A stretch of 64,000 bases of DNA from a bacterium. GTDB taxonomy: Bacteria; Patescibacteriota; Microgenomatia; Daviesbacterales; UBA10151. Each line of letters opens with the position of its first letter. Position 1 is the stretch's first letter. The translations under genes and the position numbers were made by a program. The notes beneath the pieces were generated by a model. The model was not told the DNA's origin, ran no database searches, and saw only the letters and a program-made list of their open reading frames with translations. The DNA lies in the NCBI GenBank assembly GCA_021786105.1, contig JAJYNW010000010.1, forward strand, positions 1 through 64,000. Reading direction: 5' to 3'. Positions 28,247 through 38,625 of the stretch are shown one piece after another.

Positions 28247-29107
28247 ATGTATAAACTACCGACATTGCAAGAACTGCTGGAAGCCGGGGTGCATTTTGGG
28301 CACCAGGTTAGACGCGGCCATCCCAGGATGCGGCCATATATTTATGGAGCCCGGGAAGGCGTGCATGTTATTGATTTAACCCAATCCGAAAAATACTTAA
28401 AAGAAGCTGCTGAGTTTGTCTACAATTTAGGCAAAGAGGGCAGAGTACTGCTTTTCGTGGGTACTAAAAAACAAGCCCAGCCGATTATTGAAGAATTTGC
28501 CAAAGAGCTGGGAGCACCGTATTTAGCGGAAAGATGGATGGGCGGATTTTTAACTAATTTTGAACAAATGCAGAAAAATATCAAAAGGCTCAAAGAATAT
28601 TTAGAGCAAAAGAAAAAGGGTGAACTTTCCAAATATACCAAAAAAGAGCAATTGTTGTTGGAGAGAAAAATGGGCAAATTGGAAAAAGATTTTGCCGGAG
28701 TAATGGATCTGGCAAAATTGCCCGATGTTATTTTTGTAGTTGATGCAGTATCGGATAATATTGCTATCAGGGAAGCTAAAAGGTTAAACATTAAAGTAGT
28801 GGCGATCGCCGATTCAAATTCTGATCCTACACAAATTGACTACCCAATCCCAGGCAATGATGATGCAATCAAATCAATTAAAATATTAGTAGGGGCGGTA
28901 GCTTCTGCTTACGGAGAAGGCAAAAAATCCTCCTCCGCCAAGGCTTCGGAGGCAGAAGAAAAAACTGCTGAAAAGCCGGCTAAAGAAGGTAAAAAAGAAA
29001 CAGAGGAGAAAACTGAAGAGGGAATAGCAGAAGAATTAAAAGAGGAAGTGGCAGCAGCTGAGGAAATGGTGGAAAAAGAATCTGTTAAGGAATCAGAAGG
29101 GTTGTAG
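28247..29107 (+). CDS. rpsB: 30S ribosomal protein S2
   Basis: LLEAGVHFGH, FVGTKKQA, RWMGGFLTN, IPGNDD; acidic tail. Confidence 0.97.
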   Translation: MYKLPTLQELLEAGVHFGHQVRRGHPRMRPYIYGAREGVHVIDLTQSEKYLKEAAEFVYNLGKEGRVLLFVGTKKQAQPIIEEFAKELGAPYLAERWMGGFLTNFEQMQKNIKRLKEYLEQKKKGELSKYTKKEQLLLERKMGKLEKDFAGVMDLAKLPDVIFVVDAVSDNIAIREAKRLNIKVVAIADSNSDPTQIDYPIPGNDDAIKSIKILVGAVASAYGEGKKSSSAKASEAEEKTAEKPAKEGKKETEEKTEEGIAEELKEEVAAAEEMVEKESVKESEGL

Positions 29108-29117
29108 AATAATATTT

Positions 29118-29573
29118 ATGGATATTAAGCTTGAAGATATCAAAAAACTACGCGAACAAATCGGGGCAGGAATTGCCGATTGCAAAGAAGCTTTAAAGCA
29201 GTCAAATGGTGATATAGAAAAAGCCAAAGAGTATTTAAAGAAAAAAGGTTTTGAAAAGGGGGCTTCCAAAGGTGAAAGGGAAACTAAAGCTGGTATTGTG
29301 GATGTCTACTCGCATGGCGGAAGAGTAGGAGTTTTGGTTGAACTGCTTTGTGAAACAGATTTTGTCGGGAGAACTGAAGATTTTAAAAATCTGGCCCACG
29401 AAATAGCTTTGCAAATTGCTTCCATGAACCCTTCTAGTGTTGAAGATCTTTTATCGCAAGAGTATATTAGAGATAATTCTTTGACGATAGATCAATTAGT
29501 TAAATCCGTAATAGGAAAATTAGGAGAAAATATTCAAGTTGGCAGGTTTGAAAGAATAGCAATCGGGGAATAA
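29118..29573 (+). CDS. tsf: Elongation factor Ts (short form)
   Basis: IKKLREQIGAGIADCK, CETDFV, KLGENI. Confidence 0.95.
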   Translation: MDIKLEDIKKLREQIGAGIADCKEALKQSNGDIEKAKEYLKKKGFEKGASKGERETKAGIVDVYSHGGRVGVLVELLCETDFVGRTEDFKNLAHEIALQIASMNPSSVEDLLSQEYIRDNSLTIDQLVKSVIGKLGENIQVGRFERIAIGE

Positions 29574-30128
29574 ATGGATCCAGTTTTAACTGAACCTAAT
29601 CAAAAGATTGAAGCTGCACTGAATCACTTTAAAGTGGAAATTGCCGGGATCAGAGCCGGCCGGGCTAATCCATCATTAATCGAAAACATTCCGGTTGAGG
29701 CTTACGGCTCCAGAATGAAACTTAATGAAGTGGGAAATATTTCCGTTCCTCAGCCTTCTCTGTTAACAGTTCAGGTTTGGGATGCCTCTGTTTTGGATAA
29801 GGTAATTAAAGCTATTCAGGAAGCAAATTTAGGTTTAAATCCCTCCAATGAAGGTACTTTGATCCGTTTGCCGATTCCCCCATTAACTACGGAAAGACGG
29901 GAAGAGTTTATTAAACTATTACATAAAAAGGTGGAAGAGGCTCACGTTTCAATTCGACAGATCAGGCAGGATTTTCGAAATGAGTGGAAAAAGCAGTCAG
30001 AAGAAGGTCAATTTGGAGAAGATGAATTCTTCCGGAGAGAAAAGATTTTACAAGAATTAATAGATAAAAAAACTGCTGAAATTGAAGAATTGGCTAAGGT
30101 AAAAGAAGAAGAGTTAACACAAATTTAA
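29574..30128 (+). CDS. frr: Ribosome recycling factor
   Basis: IRAGRANP, LGLNP, PPLTTERR. Confidence 0.96.
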   Translation: MDPVLTEPNQKIEAALNHFKVEIAGIRAGRANPSLIENIPVEAYGSRMKLNEVGNISVPQPSLLTVQVWDASVLDKVIKAIQEANLGLNPSNEGTLIRLPIPPLTTERREEFIKLLHKKVEEAHVSIRQIRQDFRNEWKKQSEEGQFGEDEFFRREKILQELIDKKTAEIEELAKVKEEELTQI

Positions 30129-30129
30129 G

Positions 30130-31233
30130 ATGGTTCTTTCCGCCGTCATCTTTATTATTACGCTTCTGGTGTTAGTTTTAATCCATGAATTTGGCCATTT
30201 TTTGGTAGCCAAAAAATTTGGGATTAAAGTAGAAGAATTTGGTTTTGGGATTCCACCTAGGCTGTGGGGTAAAAAAATCGGCGAGACTTTATATTCTATC
30301 AACTGGCTGCCGTTTGGGGGGTTTGTCAAACTCCTGGGGGAAGATGAAGTAGATACAATCATGGTAAGCAAAAAAGACAAAAGCCGGGATTTCCGGGTTA
30401 AGTCGGTTTGGCAAAGGATTGCGGTGGTGGTGGCGGGAGTAGCAATGAACTTAATTTTGGCGTGGGTGCTTTTGTATATTGTGATTATAGCGCAAAATTT
30501 TAAAATTATTTATCCGACTTTAGAACCGGCAGTTTATATAGCGCAAGTAGAAAATAATTTTCCCGCCCAAAAAGCCGGTGTCCAGCCGGGAGAAAAGCTG
30601 GAGGCGGTTGATAACCAAAAAGTTTCAGATATTGATACTGCCAGGAAGCTGATTAAATCCAAAGACGAAAAGCCCGTGACTTTGACATTAGCTGACAGCG
30701 ATGGCAGAAACCCGCGAAAAATAAGCGTTACTCCGCAAAAGCAGCCCAATGGGGATGTGCTAATCGGAGTGGTGTTTAGCCCAATTCCATTCAGGGAATA
30801 TCAAACTGTTCCTCAAAAACTTTTTTCCGGAATTACTTATTCTTGGGATTTAGTCAGGCTGACTTTTGCCGGCTTGGGCAGATTACTGCATGATTTGATT
30901 TATGGAAATTTTGGAGCAGCTTCTCAATCAGTTAGCGGGCCAGTTGGTCTGGCTGTTGTCACCAATGATATCTTATCTTCCGGCGGCCTGGCGACGGTAA
31001 TTCTGCCGTATCTTTGGTTTGTGGGGGTAATCTCTTTAACCTTGAGCGTATTTAATGTTTTACCGATTCCGGCTTTGGATGGAGGCAGGTTGTTGTTTTT
31101 GGTGATTGAGGCCGTGACCGGCAAAAAGGTAAAGGAAGATGTTGAAAAGAATGTGCACATGATAGGTTTTATTATCTTGCTTGCTTTGGCTGTATTGATT
31201 ACTTTTTCGGATATCCGCAAACTGCTTCCGTAG
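30130..31233 (+). CDS. rseP: RseP-like site-2 protease with PDZ
   Basis: HEFGH, LPFGGFV, NVLPIPALDGG. Confidence 0.92.
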   Translation: MVLSAVIFIITLLVLVLIHEFGHFLVAKKFGIKVEEFGFGIPPRLWGKKIGETLYSINWLPFGGFVKLLGEDEVDTIMVSKKDKSRDFRVKSVWQRIAVVVAGVAMNLILAWVLLYIVIIAQNFKIIYPTLEPAVYIAQVENNFPAQKAGVQPGEKLEAVDNQKVSDIDTARKLIKSKDEKPVTLTLADSDGRNPRKISVTPQKQPNGDVLIGVVFSPIPFREYQTVPQKLFSGITYSWDLVRLTFAGLGRLLHDLIYGNFGAASQSVSGPVGLAVVTNDILSSGGLATVILPYLWFVGVISLTLSVFNVLPIPALDGGRLLFLVIEAVTGKKVKEDVEKNVHMIGFIILLALAVLITFSDIRKLLP

Positions 31234-31241
31234 TCAACCAT

Positions 31242-31559
31242 ATGATAGCTGAATATGAATTAAGGAAACTATCTAATTCTAGGAGCATTTTTGCAGAAGG
31301 ACTTAAGAGGACAGAAGATCGTTATGGTTTTGAAGCTCCTGTAACAAAACTTGCTACTAGGTTGTGGGATAAGTGCGGATTATTACAACTACCGCAAGGA
31401 TATATAGAAAAAAAATCAGAAATTTGTGAAGTGATTGCCAAATCTTTTGTTGTGACACATTTCAGTATACCAGCTGTAACTTTAGATATTGCCCTTAACC
31501 TTTCTAGGTATATCCTCTGCACAACAGAGATAGCTTGGGAAAGAATACAGCAAAAATAG
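31242..31559 (+). CDS. Hypothetical protein
   Basis: 105-aa ORF between rseP and proS. Confidence 0.5.
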   Translation: MIAEYELRKLSNSRSIFAEGLKRTEDRYGFEAPVTKLATRLWDKCGLLQLPQGYIEKKSEICEVIAKSFVVTHFSIPAVTLDIALNLSRYILCTTEIAWERIQQK

Positions 31560-31631
31560 TTAATTTACTACCCCGGATTGTTCCGTAATTTAAAATCACC
31601 CCGATCTCCGCTATAATGAAGAGGAGGTAAT

Positions 31632-32855
31632 ATGAAATATTCAAAACTTTTTCCGAAAACTATAAAACAGGTTCCAATTGGAGCTGAATCAGTAAATCAC
31701 CAGCTGTTGGTTCGTGCCGGATTTATCCATCAGGAAATGGCCGGGGTTTATACCTATTTGCCTTTGGGTTGGAGAGTAATCGAGAAAATCTCCAATATTG
31801 TGAGGGAGGAGATGAATAAAGTTAACGGTCAGGAAATACTGATGCCGGTTTTGCACCCCGGCGAAAATTGGAAGAAAACCGGCAGATTTGATAGCTTTGA
31901 TGTTTTGTTTAAGTTAAAGGGTGCAGGAGATAAAGATTTAGTGCTTGGGCCTACTCATGAAGAAATTATTTATCCTTTGCTTGCTGAGTATGTAAATTCA
32001 TATAAAGATTTACCGCTTCATTTATATCAGATCCAGACCAAATTTCGTAATGAGCCAAGAGCGAAGGCTGGGCTACTTCGTACCAGGGAATTTATTATGA
32101 AGGATTTGTATGCTTTTCATGAAAGCGATGAAGATAGGGATGAATATTATAAAATTGTTAGAGAGGCTTACTTGAGGATTTTTAAGAAATTAGAATTGCC
32201 TGTACTGATAACTAAAGCCTCGGGAGGAACTTTTTCTGATCTTTCGGAAGAATTTCAGGTAGTTACTCCTTCCGGCGAAGATACCATATTAATTTGCAGC
32301 AAATGTGATGTTGTAATTAACAAAGAAATTGCCGGAAAGGATTGTTCGGAATGCGGCGGGGTTATAAAAGAAGAAAAAGCTATTGAGGTGGGGAACATTT
32401 TCCCGCTTAAACGGGCTTATGCAGAAGTTTTTAACTTAAGTTTTACGGATAAAAAAGGAGAAAAGAAAATTGTTTCGGCAGGATGTTACGGTTTGGGGAT
32501 TTCCCGGGTAATGGGAGCTATTGTGGAAGTATCTCACGATGATAAGGGGATGATTTGGCCGGAAAGTGTGGCTCCGTTCCGGGTTCATTTGGTGGGTTTG
32601 GATTTGGAAGATAAAAGCGTAATGGAAATGGCAGAGAAGGTTCATAAATTGCTGGAGGCGGAAGGAATTGAGGTGTTGTTTGATGATCGGGTAGGAGTTT
32701 CAGCCGGGGCCAAATTTGCTGATGCGGACCTAATTGGCATTCCTTATAGAATTGTGATTTCTAAAAAGACCACAGAGGATAAATTGGAAGTTAAAAAGAG
32801 AAGCGAAAAAGAGACAAAATTTATGTCTTTTAAACAATTTCTGGAAATTGTTTAA
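31632..32855 (+). CDS. proS: Prolyl-tRNA synthetase (short, no editing domain)
   Basis: LGPTHEE, FRNEPR...GLLRTREFIMKD, IEVGNIF, GCYGLGISR. Confidence 0.96.
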   Translation: MKYSKLFPKTIKQVPIGAESVNHQLLVRAGFIHQEMAGVYTYLPLGWRVIEKISNIVREEMNKVNGQEILMPVLHPGENWKKTGRFDSFDVLFKLKGAGDKDLVLGPTHEEIIYPLLAEYVNSYKDLPLHLYQIQTKFRNEPRAKAGLLRTREFIMKDLYAFHESDEDRDEYYKIVREAYLRIFKKLELPVLITKASGGTFSDLSEEFQVVTPSGEDTILICSKCDVVINKEIAGKDCSECGGVIKEEKAIEVGNIFPLKRAYAEVFNLSFTDKKGEKKIVSAGCYGLGISRVMGAIVEVSHDDKGMIWPESVAPFRVHLVGLDLEDKSVMEMAEKVHKLLEAEGIEVLFDDRVGVSAGAKFADADLIGIPYRIVISKKTTEDKLEVKKRSEKETKFMSFKQFLEIV

Positions 32856-33276
32856 AGTATTGCTTACCGAACCGAGAAGGGTGATGAATTTTCTGATAAA
32901 ATTCACTAGCCTCAGGATCATAATTTTCTAAGATAATGTCACCTACGAGGGCTTCTAGTGCTTCATCACGGTTTTGGGGACGTTTTCCTGTAAGCACTTC
33001 TATAATACCGAAGATACCAAGGCTTCTTCTTCTGAGCCAAAAAGAAGATCTATCTGTATTACTGATATTACAAGAACCGTCTCCGTAAATACGATCCTCG
33101 ATTATATCCTGAGTAAGATTTAATTCTTTGATGCCCTCCTGGTAAGACAATCCTTTTACCAGCCAACATTCCAAGATTTGTCTGTGCACTGGGAGGAAAG
33201 GATTGATTGGGGATAGGCAAAGTTGTCCCTCTATTCCTAAGCCTCTTTTCAATACTTGTTCTGTTGCTACTGCCAT
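32830..33276 (-). CDS. Hypothetical protein
   Basis: Own promoter TTGATT-N17-TATACT 6 nt before ATG; 3' end overlaps proS. Confidence 0.55.
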   Translation of the reverse strand: MAVATEQVLKRGLGIEGQLCLSPINPFLPVHRQILECWLVKGLSYQEGIKELNLTQDIIEDRIYGDGSCNISNTDRSSFWLRRRSLGIFGIIEVLTGKRPQNRDEALEALVGDIILENYDPEASEFYQKIHHPSRFGKQYFKQFPEIV

Positions 33277-33398
33277 CGCGATAGTATATTATAGGGTAAC
33301 TAAAAAATCAACAGACTGATTTGAATAAACCTCTTCATTGATTTTAAAGCTGATTTCTGGTACATTAGCTGATTAGTGTCGTCAGGACAATTATTTAT

Positions 33399-33423
33399 GG
33401 ATCCCGATTTTCATCGGGATGAC
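33399..33423. repeat. Family A half-element before tig
   Basis: GGATCCCGATTTTCATCGGGATGAC. Confidence 0.6.
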
Positions 33424-33431
33424 AAAAGGAT

Positions 33432-34523
33432 ATGATTACTCAAAATATTGAAAAACTTCCTAAAAGTATTGTTGAAGTCACGGTGACAGTGCCGTGGATT
33501 GATTTGCAGCCGACTTGGGATGCTACTTTGCAAAGGATGGCCCAAGAGGTAGAGTTGCCGGGTTTTAGAAAAGGCCAGGCGCCTATTAACATGGCAGAAC
33601 AAAACCTGGGGATCAAGCTTCAGGATGAGGTTTTAAAAAATGCCATGCCCAATTTTTTGATTGAGGCTTTGAAGGGCACGGATATTGTCCCGATTGATTA
33701 TCCAAAATACGACCTGATTTCTTTTACTAAAGGCCAACAACTGCAATTTAAAGCCACTATTACCAACAGACCGGCGGTGACAGTGGGTAATTACAAAAAC
33801 ATTAAAGTTACTAAACCTACTCCCAAAGCAGTAACTGAAGAAGAAGTTAATAAAGTGGTTGATGATTTGTTTAAAAGATGGAAAGCCAGAGCAGGAGCTC
33901 AGCCAGCGGCCGGATCACAACCGGCAGCAGGCGGACAAACAGGTTCAATTAATTTTCAGGGCAATCAACCTCAGGCTCCAACCGGCGGGCAATCAGCTGG
34001 TCCTGATGATACTTTTGCCAGAGCCATGGGAGCTTTGGGTTTAACTGACCTAAAAGGCAAAATCAGAAAAGACCTGGAGGCCAATGTTTCCTACAATAAT
34101 GAATTAGACTATGAGGAGGCAATTTTGCAAGAAGTGGAGAAAATTACTACCGTAGAAATACCGGAAATTTTAATCCAGGACGAGCTCAACAGGATGTTGG
34201 TTTCGCTTCAAAGAAGAGTGGCAGATATGGGGCTTTTGCTTGAGGATTACTTAAAAAGCCAGGGGAAAACTTTAGAACAACTGAAAAGCGAATGGAGGGT
34301 ACAAGCTGAAAAAAATGTCCGGATGGAGCTTGGTTTGGCAGAAGTGGCCAGACTGGAAAATGTTTCAATTTCTGATGCTGAGTTGCAGGCAGAAGTAGAC
34401 AAGATCCAGGATGCCAAAGTCAAAGCGCAATTTGAGGCTCAGGAACCAAGATTGCACCTAAGACATGCTTTAAGACAGACTCGAACACTCGATCTTCTTA
34501 AGAAGATGGTTGCCAGCTCCTAA
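33432..34523 (+). CDS. tig: Trigger factor lacking the FKBP domain
   Basis: LPGFRKGQAP ribosome-binding motif; C-terminal chaperone domain; central Q/P/A/G linker. Confidence 0.9.
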   Translation: MITQNIEKLPKSIVEVTVTVPWIDLQPTWDATLQRMAQEVELPGFRKGQAPINMAEQNLGIKLQDEVLKNAMPNFLIEALKGTDIVPIDYPKYDLISFTKGQQLQFKATITNRPAVTVGNYKNIKVTKPTPKAVTEEEVNKVVDDLFKRWKARAGAQPAAGSQPAAGGQTGSINFQGNQPQAPTGGQSAGPDDTFARAMGALGLTDLKGKIRKDLEANVSYNNELDYEEAILQEVEKITTVEIPEILIQDELNRMLVSLQRRVADMGLLLEDYLKSQGKTLEQLKSEWRVQAEKNVRMELGLAEVARLENVSISDAELQAEVDKIQDAKVKAQFEAQEPRLHLRHALRQTRTLDLLKKMVASS

Positions 34524-34561
34524 CCCCAAGAGGTATAATTTAACTGCCTTAAATTTAAATT

Positions 34562-34891
34562 ATGGATGATATCTTTTGCAAAATTATCAGGAAAGAAATA
34601 CCAAAAGAATTTATCTATGAATCGGAAAATTTAGTGGCTTTTGAGGATATCAATCCGTCGGCAGATGTTCATATTCTGATTGTGCCCAAGCAGCATATTG
34701 AGAGTATTAGAGATGTTAAGTCAGAACACGGACAGTTGCTGACAGAGGTTTATCAGGCAGTAAATAAATTAGTGACTGATAATAATCTGGAGAATGGCCT
34801 TTATCGGGTAGTAGTAAATGGGGGTAAAGCACAACACGTGCCTCATTTACATTTCCACCTTTTGGGTGGACAATGGAAAAAGATGGTTTAG
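34562..34891 (+). CDS. HIT-family nucleotide hydrolase
   Basis: IFCKI, HLHFHLLGG. Confidence 0.93.
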   Translation: MDDIFCKIIRKEIPKEFIYESENLVAFEDINPSADVHILIVPKQHIESIRDVKSEHGQLLTEVYQAVNKLVTDNNLENGLYRVVVNGGKAQHVPHLHFHLLGGQWKKMV

Positions 34892-34925
34892 TGAAACAAA
34901 AAAAAGGAGGTGTTTTTTATATTTT

Positions 34926-35123
34926 ATGTCAATAGTAGTAAAAGCAGGTCCGGGCGACAGCACGGATTCGGTGATCAGGAAATTTCAGAAAAGAGTTGTA
35001 GCAGAGGGAATTGTCCAAGAAATTAGGGACAGGTCTGTTTATAGAAAACCTTCTGAACTCCGACAGGAATACTTGGCGGAAAAACGCAGAAAAATTATGC
35101 GTGCAAGAAGATATAGCAAGTGA
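34926..35123 (+). CDS. rpsU: 30S ribosomal protein S21
   Basis: MSIVVK...DSVIRKFQK...YRKPSE; AGGAGG SD upstream. Confidence 0.88.
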   Translation: MSIVVKAGPGDSTDSVIRKFQKRVVAEGIVQEIRDRSVYRKPSELRQEYLAEKRRKIMRARRYSK

Positions 35124-35128
35124 TTTTT

Positions 35129-35596
35129 ATGTTACTGGATCAGATTCAAACAGATTTAAAGAATGCTCAATTGGCCCGTGATGAGGTCAAGGTTTCAACT
35201 TTAAGGTTGCTTCTGTCTGAAGCCAAGAATAAGGAAATTGCCAAAGGCGAGAGTTTGACTGATGAGGAGGTGGTTTCCCTAATCCAGCGGGAAGTAAAAA
35301 AGAGAACAGAGGCTGCTGAAGGTTTTCGGAAAGGCGGCCGAGAAGACTCAGTATTAAAGGAAGAGAGTGAGGCAAAAGTTTTAGAAAACTATTTGCCAGC
35401 CCGTCTGTCAACTGAGGAATTGACTAAAATTGTTGAGGGTACTATAAATGAGTTGGGAGCCAGTACTATGCAGGATATGGGAAGAGTGATAGGAGCGGTG
35501 ATGGGTAAGGTTAAGGGTCAAGCGAGTGGCGGTGCAGTATCGGCTATTGTTAAAGAAAAGTTGTCAACTCTACAAGAAGGCTCTTCGGAGCCGTAG
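35129..35596 (+). CDS. GatB/YqeY domain protein
   Basis: LKNAQLARD, KKRTEA, YLP, DMGRVIG; rpsU-yqeY synteny. Confidence 0.9.
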   Translation: MLLDQIQTDLKNAQLARDEVKVSTLRLLLSEAKNKEIAKGESLTDEEVVSLIQREVKKRTEAAEGFRKGGREDSVLKEESEAKVLENYLPARLSTEELTKIVEGTINELGASTMQDMGRVIGAVMGKVKGQASGGAVSAIVKEKLSTLQEGSSEP

Positions 35597-35597
35597 G

Positions 35598-35670
35598 CCT
35601 GAGCGGTTAGCGAAGGATTGCGGTCGGAATGTGGAAGATTGCCACGTCGCCTTCGGCTTCTCGCAATGAC
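35598..35670. repeat. Family C plus family A repeat arms before ybeY
   Basis: CCTGAGCGGTTAGCGAAGGA 35598-35617; AGATTGCCACGTCGCCTTCGGCTTCTCGCAATGAC 35636-35670. Confidence 0.7.
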
Positions 35671-35682
35671 AGAGAAACATTT

Positions 35683-36096
35683 ATGGTAAATATCATTGTA
35701 AATTCTGACCCCAGATATAATATTAATAAAGACAGCATTAAGACTGCAGTATCAGAGATTTTATCCCAGCATCGTATCTCTGGTAAGGTTGAATTAGGGA
35801 TTAATATTGTGGGTGACCGGAAAATGCATGAACTCAATCGTAAGTATCGCGGTTTAGACTCTACCACCAATATTTTATCTTTTGCCTTAGAAGATTCTAA
35901 TCCGGCCAACTTGCAACATATTCCCAGGATTGGTTTTGTGGCAGCACCTGATAAGTGGTTGAGGTTGGGTGATATTATCATTTCCTACCCACAAGCTTTG
36001 GAAGATGCTTCAATGGACGGAATTTCGGTTGATGAGGAGATTAGGGATTTAGTAGAGCATGGGTTAAACCATTTATTAGGGATTCACCACAATTAA
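35683..36096 (+). CDS. ybeY: rRNA maturation RNase YbeY (start MVNII at 35683)
   Basis: LNRKYRG, TNILSF, LGDIIIS, HGLNHLLGIHH. Confidence 0.92.
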   Translation: MVNIIVNSDPRYNINKDSIKTAVSEILSQHRISGKVELGINIVGDRKMHELNRKYRGLDSTTNILSFALEDSNPANLQHIPRIGFVAAPDKWLRLGDIIISYPQALEDASMDGISVDEEIRDLVEHGLNHLLGIHHN

Positions 36097-37649
36097 TGGA
36101 AAACATTGCCTATTACTTAAAGTATCGTCCCCAAACTCTTGGCGAACTGGTAGGCCAGACATCGGTAAAAAAAACTCTCCTGTCATCTTTTCAAAATAAT
36201 AAGCTGTCTCACGCGTATCTTTTTGTCGGTCCCCGCGGTACCGGCAAAACCTCAACCGCCAGAATCTTGGCCAAGATGGTCAATTGTTCCGCAGAGCAAA
36301 ATATTCCTTGCAATAAGTGCGAAGCGTGTATATCTATAACAGACGGATCAAACCTTGATCTTATTGAAATTGATGCTGCTTCCAATCGCGGTATCGAAGA
36401 TATCAGATTGCTGCGCGACAAAATCAAACTCGCCCCCACTAGTGCTAAAAAGAAAGTTTACATCATTGACGAAGTGCATATGCTAACCACGGAGGCTTTT
36501 AATGCGCTTTTGAAGACTTTGGAAGAACCTCCTAAACATGCTTTATTTATTCTGGCAACTACGGAGGGTAATAAAGTTCCCCCAACAATTTTGTCCCGGG
36601 TGCAGAAGTTAGATTTTAAGTTGGCCACCTCAGAAGAATTGTTAGAAGCTTTGAAAAAAATTGTCACGGTGGAAAAAATTGATATTGACGAAGAGGCTTT
36701 AAAAAACCTGGTTAAAAAATCAAACGGTTCTTTTAGGGATGGAGTGAAATTATTGGACCAAGTTTCAATGGGAGAGAAAATTACTGTAAAGCTCGTTGAT
36801 GAAAGCTTAAAATCTTCCCAATTTGAAAATATTTTGGAGTTAGTGCAAAGCCTAAAAAACAAAAATGCCGAGGCCTGTTTATTGAGCTTATCGGGGCAAA
36901 TAGAAAATGGGGTTGATGTTAAAGAGCTAATGCTGTCTTTGATGGATATTTTGAGGAATTTAGTTTTCATAAAAAATGGATTAGGTGAACAATTAGTAAA
37001 AGTCCATTTAACGGAAGATAAATATAAACAACTGGAAGAGCTGGCGGAAAATTTTAGCCCTGATAATCTAATCAGAGCTTTAGATATTCTGCAAATCAGT
37101 CTTGAGAAAATGAAATTTGCTCCAATACCGTCATTGCCGCTGGAATTGGCAATTGTGGAAATCTGTGGGTTAGTAAATCAGCAGGTCAGAGCATCAGCAA
37201 GTCAGCAAGTCAGTGAACCAATGGATTCTGCCGATACTCCGATCTCATCTGAAACGCAGGTAGATGATCAGATTCCGGAAGCGCCTGTCTCAGGTAATGC
37301 TGATATTGCCAAACTGAAGGAAAAATGGACTTTTGTATTAGAGACAATAAGACCCTTTAATTTTTCTCTGGAAGCATTGTTAAGATCCATTAATATTGCA
37401 GAATGCACTGAAAGTTCAGTGATCATGGAAGTGCCATACTCGTTTCATCAAAGAATTTTAGAAGCTCCAAAAAATAGGGATTTGGTGGAAGGAATTCTGT
37501 CGGATATTTTAGGAAGAAGCATTAGGATCTCTGCCGTATTGGGAAGCCGGCCGGCCAAAAAAGATGATGTTGCCAATATTGAGGTAGCCCAGGATGATGA
37601 AATTATTAGAGCAGCTGCTGAAATCTTTAACTCTGATTCTGTTAACTAA
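36096..37649 (+). CDS. dnaX: DNA polymerase III gamma/tau
   Basis: KYRPQ, GPRGTGKTS, EIDAASNRG, IIDEVHML, NALLKTLEEP. Confidence 0.97.
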   Translation: MENIAYYLKYRPQTLGELVGQTSVKKTLLSSFQNNKLSHAYLFVGPRGTGKTSTARILAKMVNCSAEQNIPCNKCEACISITDGSNLDLIEIDAASNRGIEDIRLLRDKIKLAPTSAKKKVYIIDEVHMLTTEAFNALLKTLEEPPKHALFILATTEGNKVPPTILSRVQKLDFKLATSEELLEALKKIVTVEKIDIDEEALKNLVKKSNGSFRDGVKLLDQVSMGEKITVKLVDESLKSSQFENILELVQSLKNKNAEACLLSLSGQIENGVDVKELMLSLMDILRNLVFIKNGLGEQLVKVHLTEDKYKQLEELAENFSPDNLIRALDILQISLEKMKFAPIPSLPLELAIVEICGLVNQQVRASASQQVSEPMDSADTPISSETQVDDQIPEAPVSGNADIAKLKEKWTFVLETIRPFNFSLEALLRSINIAECTESSVIMEVPYSFHQRILEAPKNRDLVEGILSDILGRSIRISAVLGSRPAKKDDVANIEVAQDDEIIRAAAEIFNSDSVN

Positions 37650-37821
37650 ATCTCGGCATCTATACCATCAAAACAAGGAAGTATTCAGAATAAATATCCC
37701 TAGTATCTAGGGCTAAAAAATTGACATTCTTGAAGCTAGATTTCTTAAATTTACGTCCTTACTATTTATAATATAACTATGATTTCTGTTTTTTCTTTCA
37801 TGTTGATATATAATAAAAACA

Positions 37822-37956
37822 ATGAAAAGAAGACTAGTAGGGAAAGATAAAAAATCGAAAGAGTTAATAGAATTTCTAAAAAAAGGTGGCAGGGAAAGAT
37901 CAAAAGAAGATTTTAAAAAATTACTTAAAAAGGCTGTGCAGTCAATAAAGAAATAA
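37822..37956 (+). CDS. Small basic passenger protein (44 aa)
   Basis: MKRRLVGKDKKSKELIEFLKKGGRERSKEDFKKLLKKAVQSIKK*; not in the ORF track. Confidence 0.5.
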   Translation: MKRRLVGKDKKSKELIEFLKKGGRERSKEDFKKLLKKAVQSIKK

Positions 37957-38040
37957 CTATAGAGATATTCAAATCTTGTAATTTGGTATTTTTATTGCAA
38001 TAATAAATTAATAATTACAAAATAATCAATTTATAGATAA

Positions 38041-38568
38041 ATGGAAAAAACAGACAAAATCATTTTAGGTTTAAGAGGAAATGAAATTTTTGCGTATACA
38101 TTATTTGTAGTTGTATTTGGTGGACTGCCAATAATAGGTGGTCTGATGTTTCTTCAACTTCCACAAGTCCAACTATTAGGATTAATTCTTTTAATTGTAG
38201 GTTTAGTTCTTACTGGATATTTTGTATTCCTTGTAATTCTGCAAAGCAAAAAAAGCGTTTCAATAGACAAAAAAATCTTAACATTGATGACTCCAAACTG
38301 GAATGGTTCCTGGATAAAAAAGACAGTAGATCTATCAAAAACAAAAAGCATTGGATTTGTAAAAACAACAAGCTTACTCTATATGAAAAACGCAATAATG
38401 CCAGTGGGTATTCAGCACTTGGCTTTTATTTACGAAGATCAAAGTATTAATCAACTACCTATAAACCAATTTAAAACCACAGATGTTAAGAAAATATTAA
38501 ACTTAATTCATCAGAATAGTCCTTCTATTGGATTTGCTCCAGAAATAACTACTTATTTGAATAGCTAA
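38041..38568 (+). CDS. Two-TM membrane passenger protein with beta-rich (PH-like?) C-domain
   Basis: Two hydrophobic helices then a soluble domain; inside the IS IRs. Confidence 0.7.
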   Translation: MEKTDKIILGLRGNEIFAYTLFVVVFGGLPIIGGLMFLQLPQVQLLGLILLIVGLVLTGYFVFLVILQSKKSVSIDKKILTLMTPNWNGSWIKKTVDLSKTKSIGFVKTTSLLYMKNAIMPVGIQHLAFIYEDQSINQLPINQFKTTDVKKILNLIHQNSPSIGFAPEITTYLNS

Positions 38569-38625
38569 ATAGTAGATAAAAAGCGGGTTTAAATTGTTTT
38601 TAAAAGACAGGAGGTGAAAATTTGT

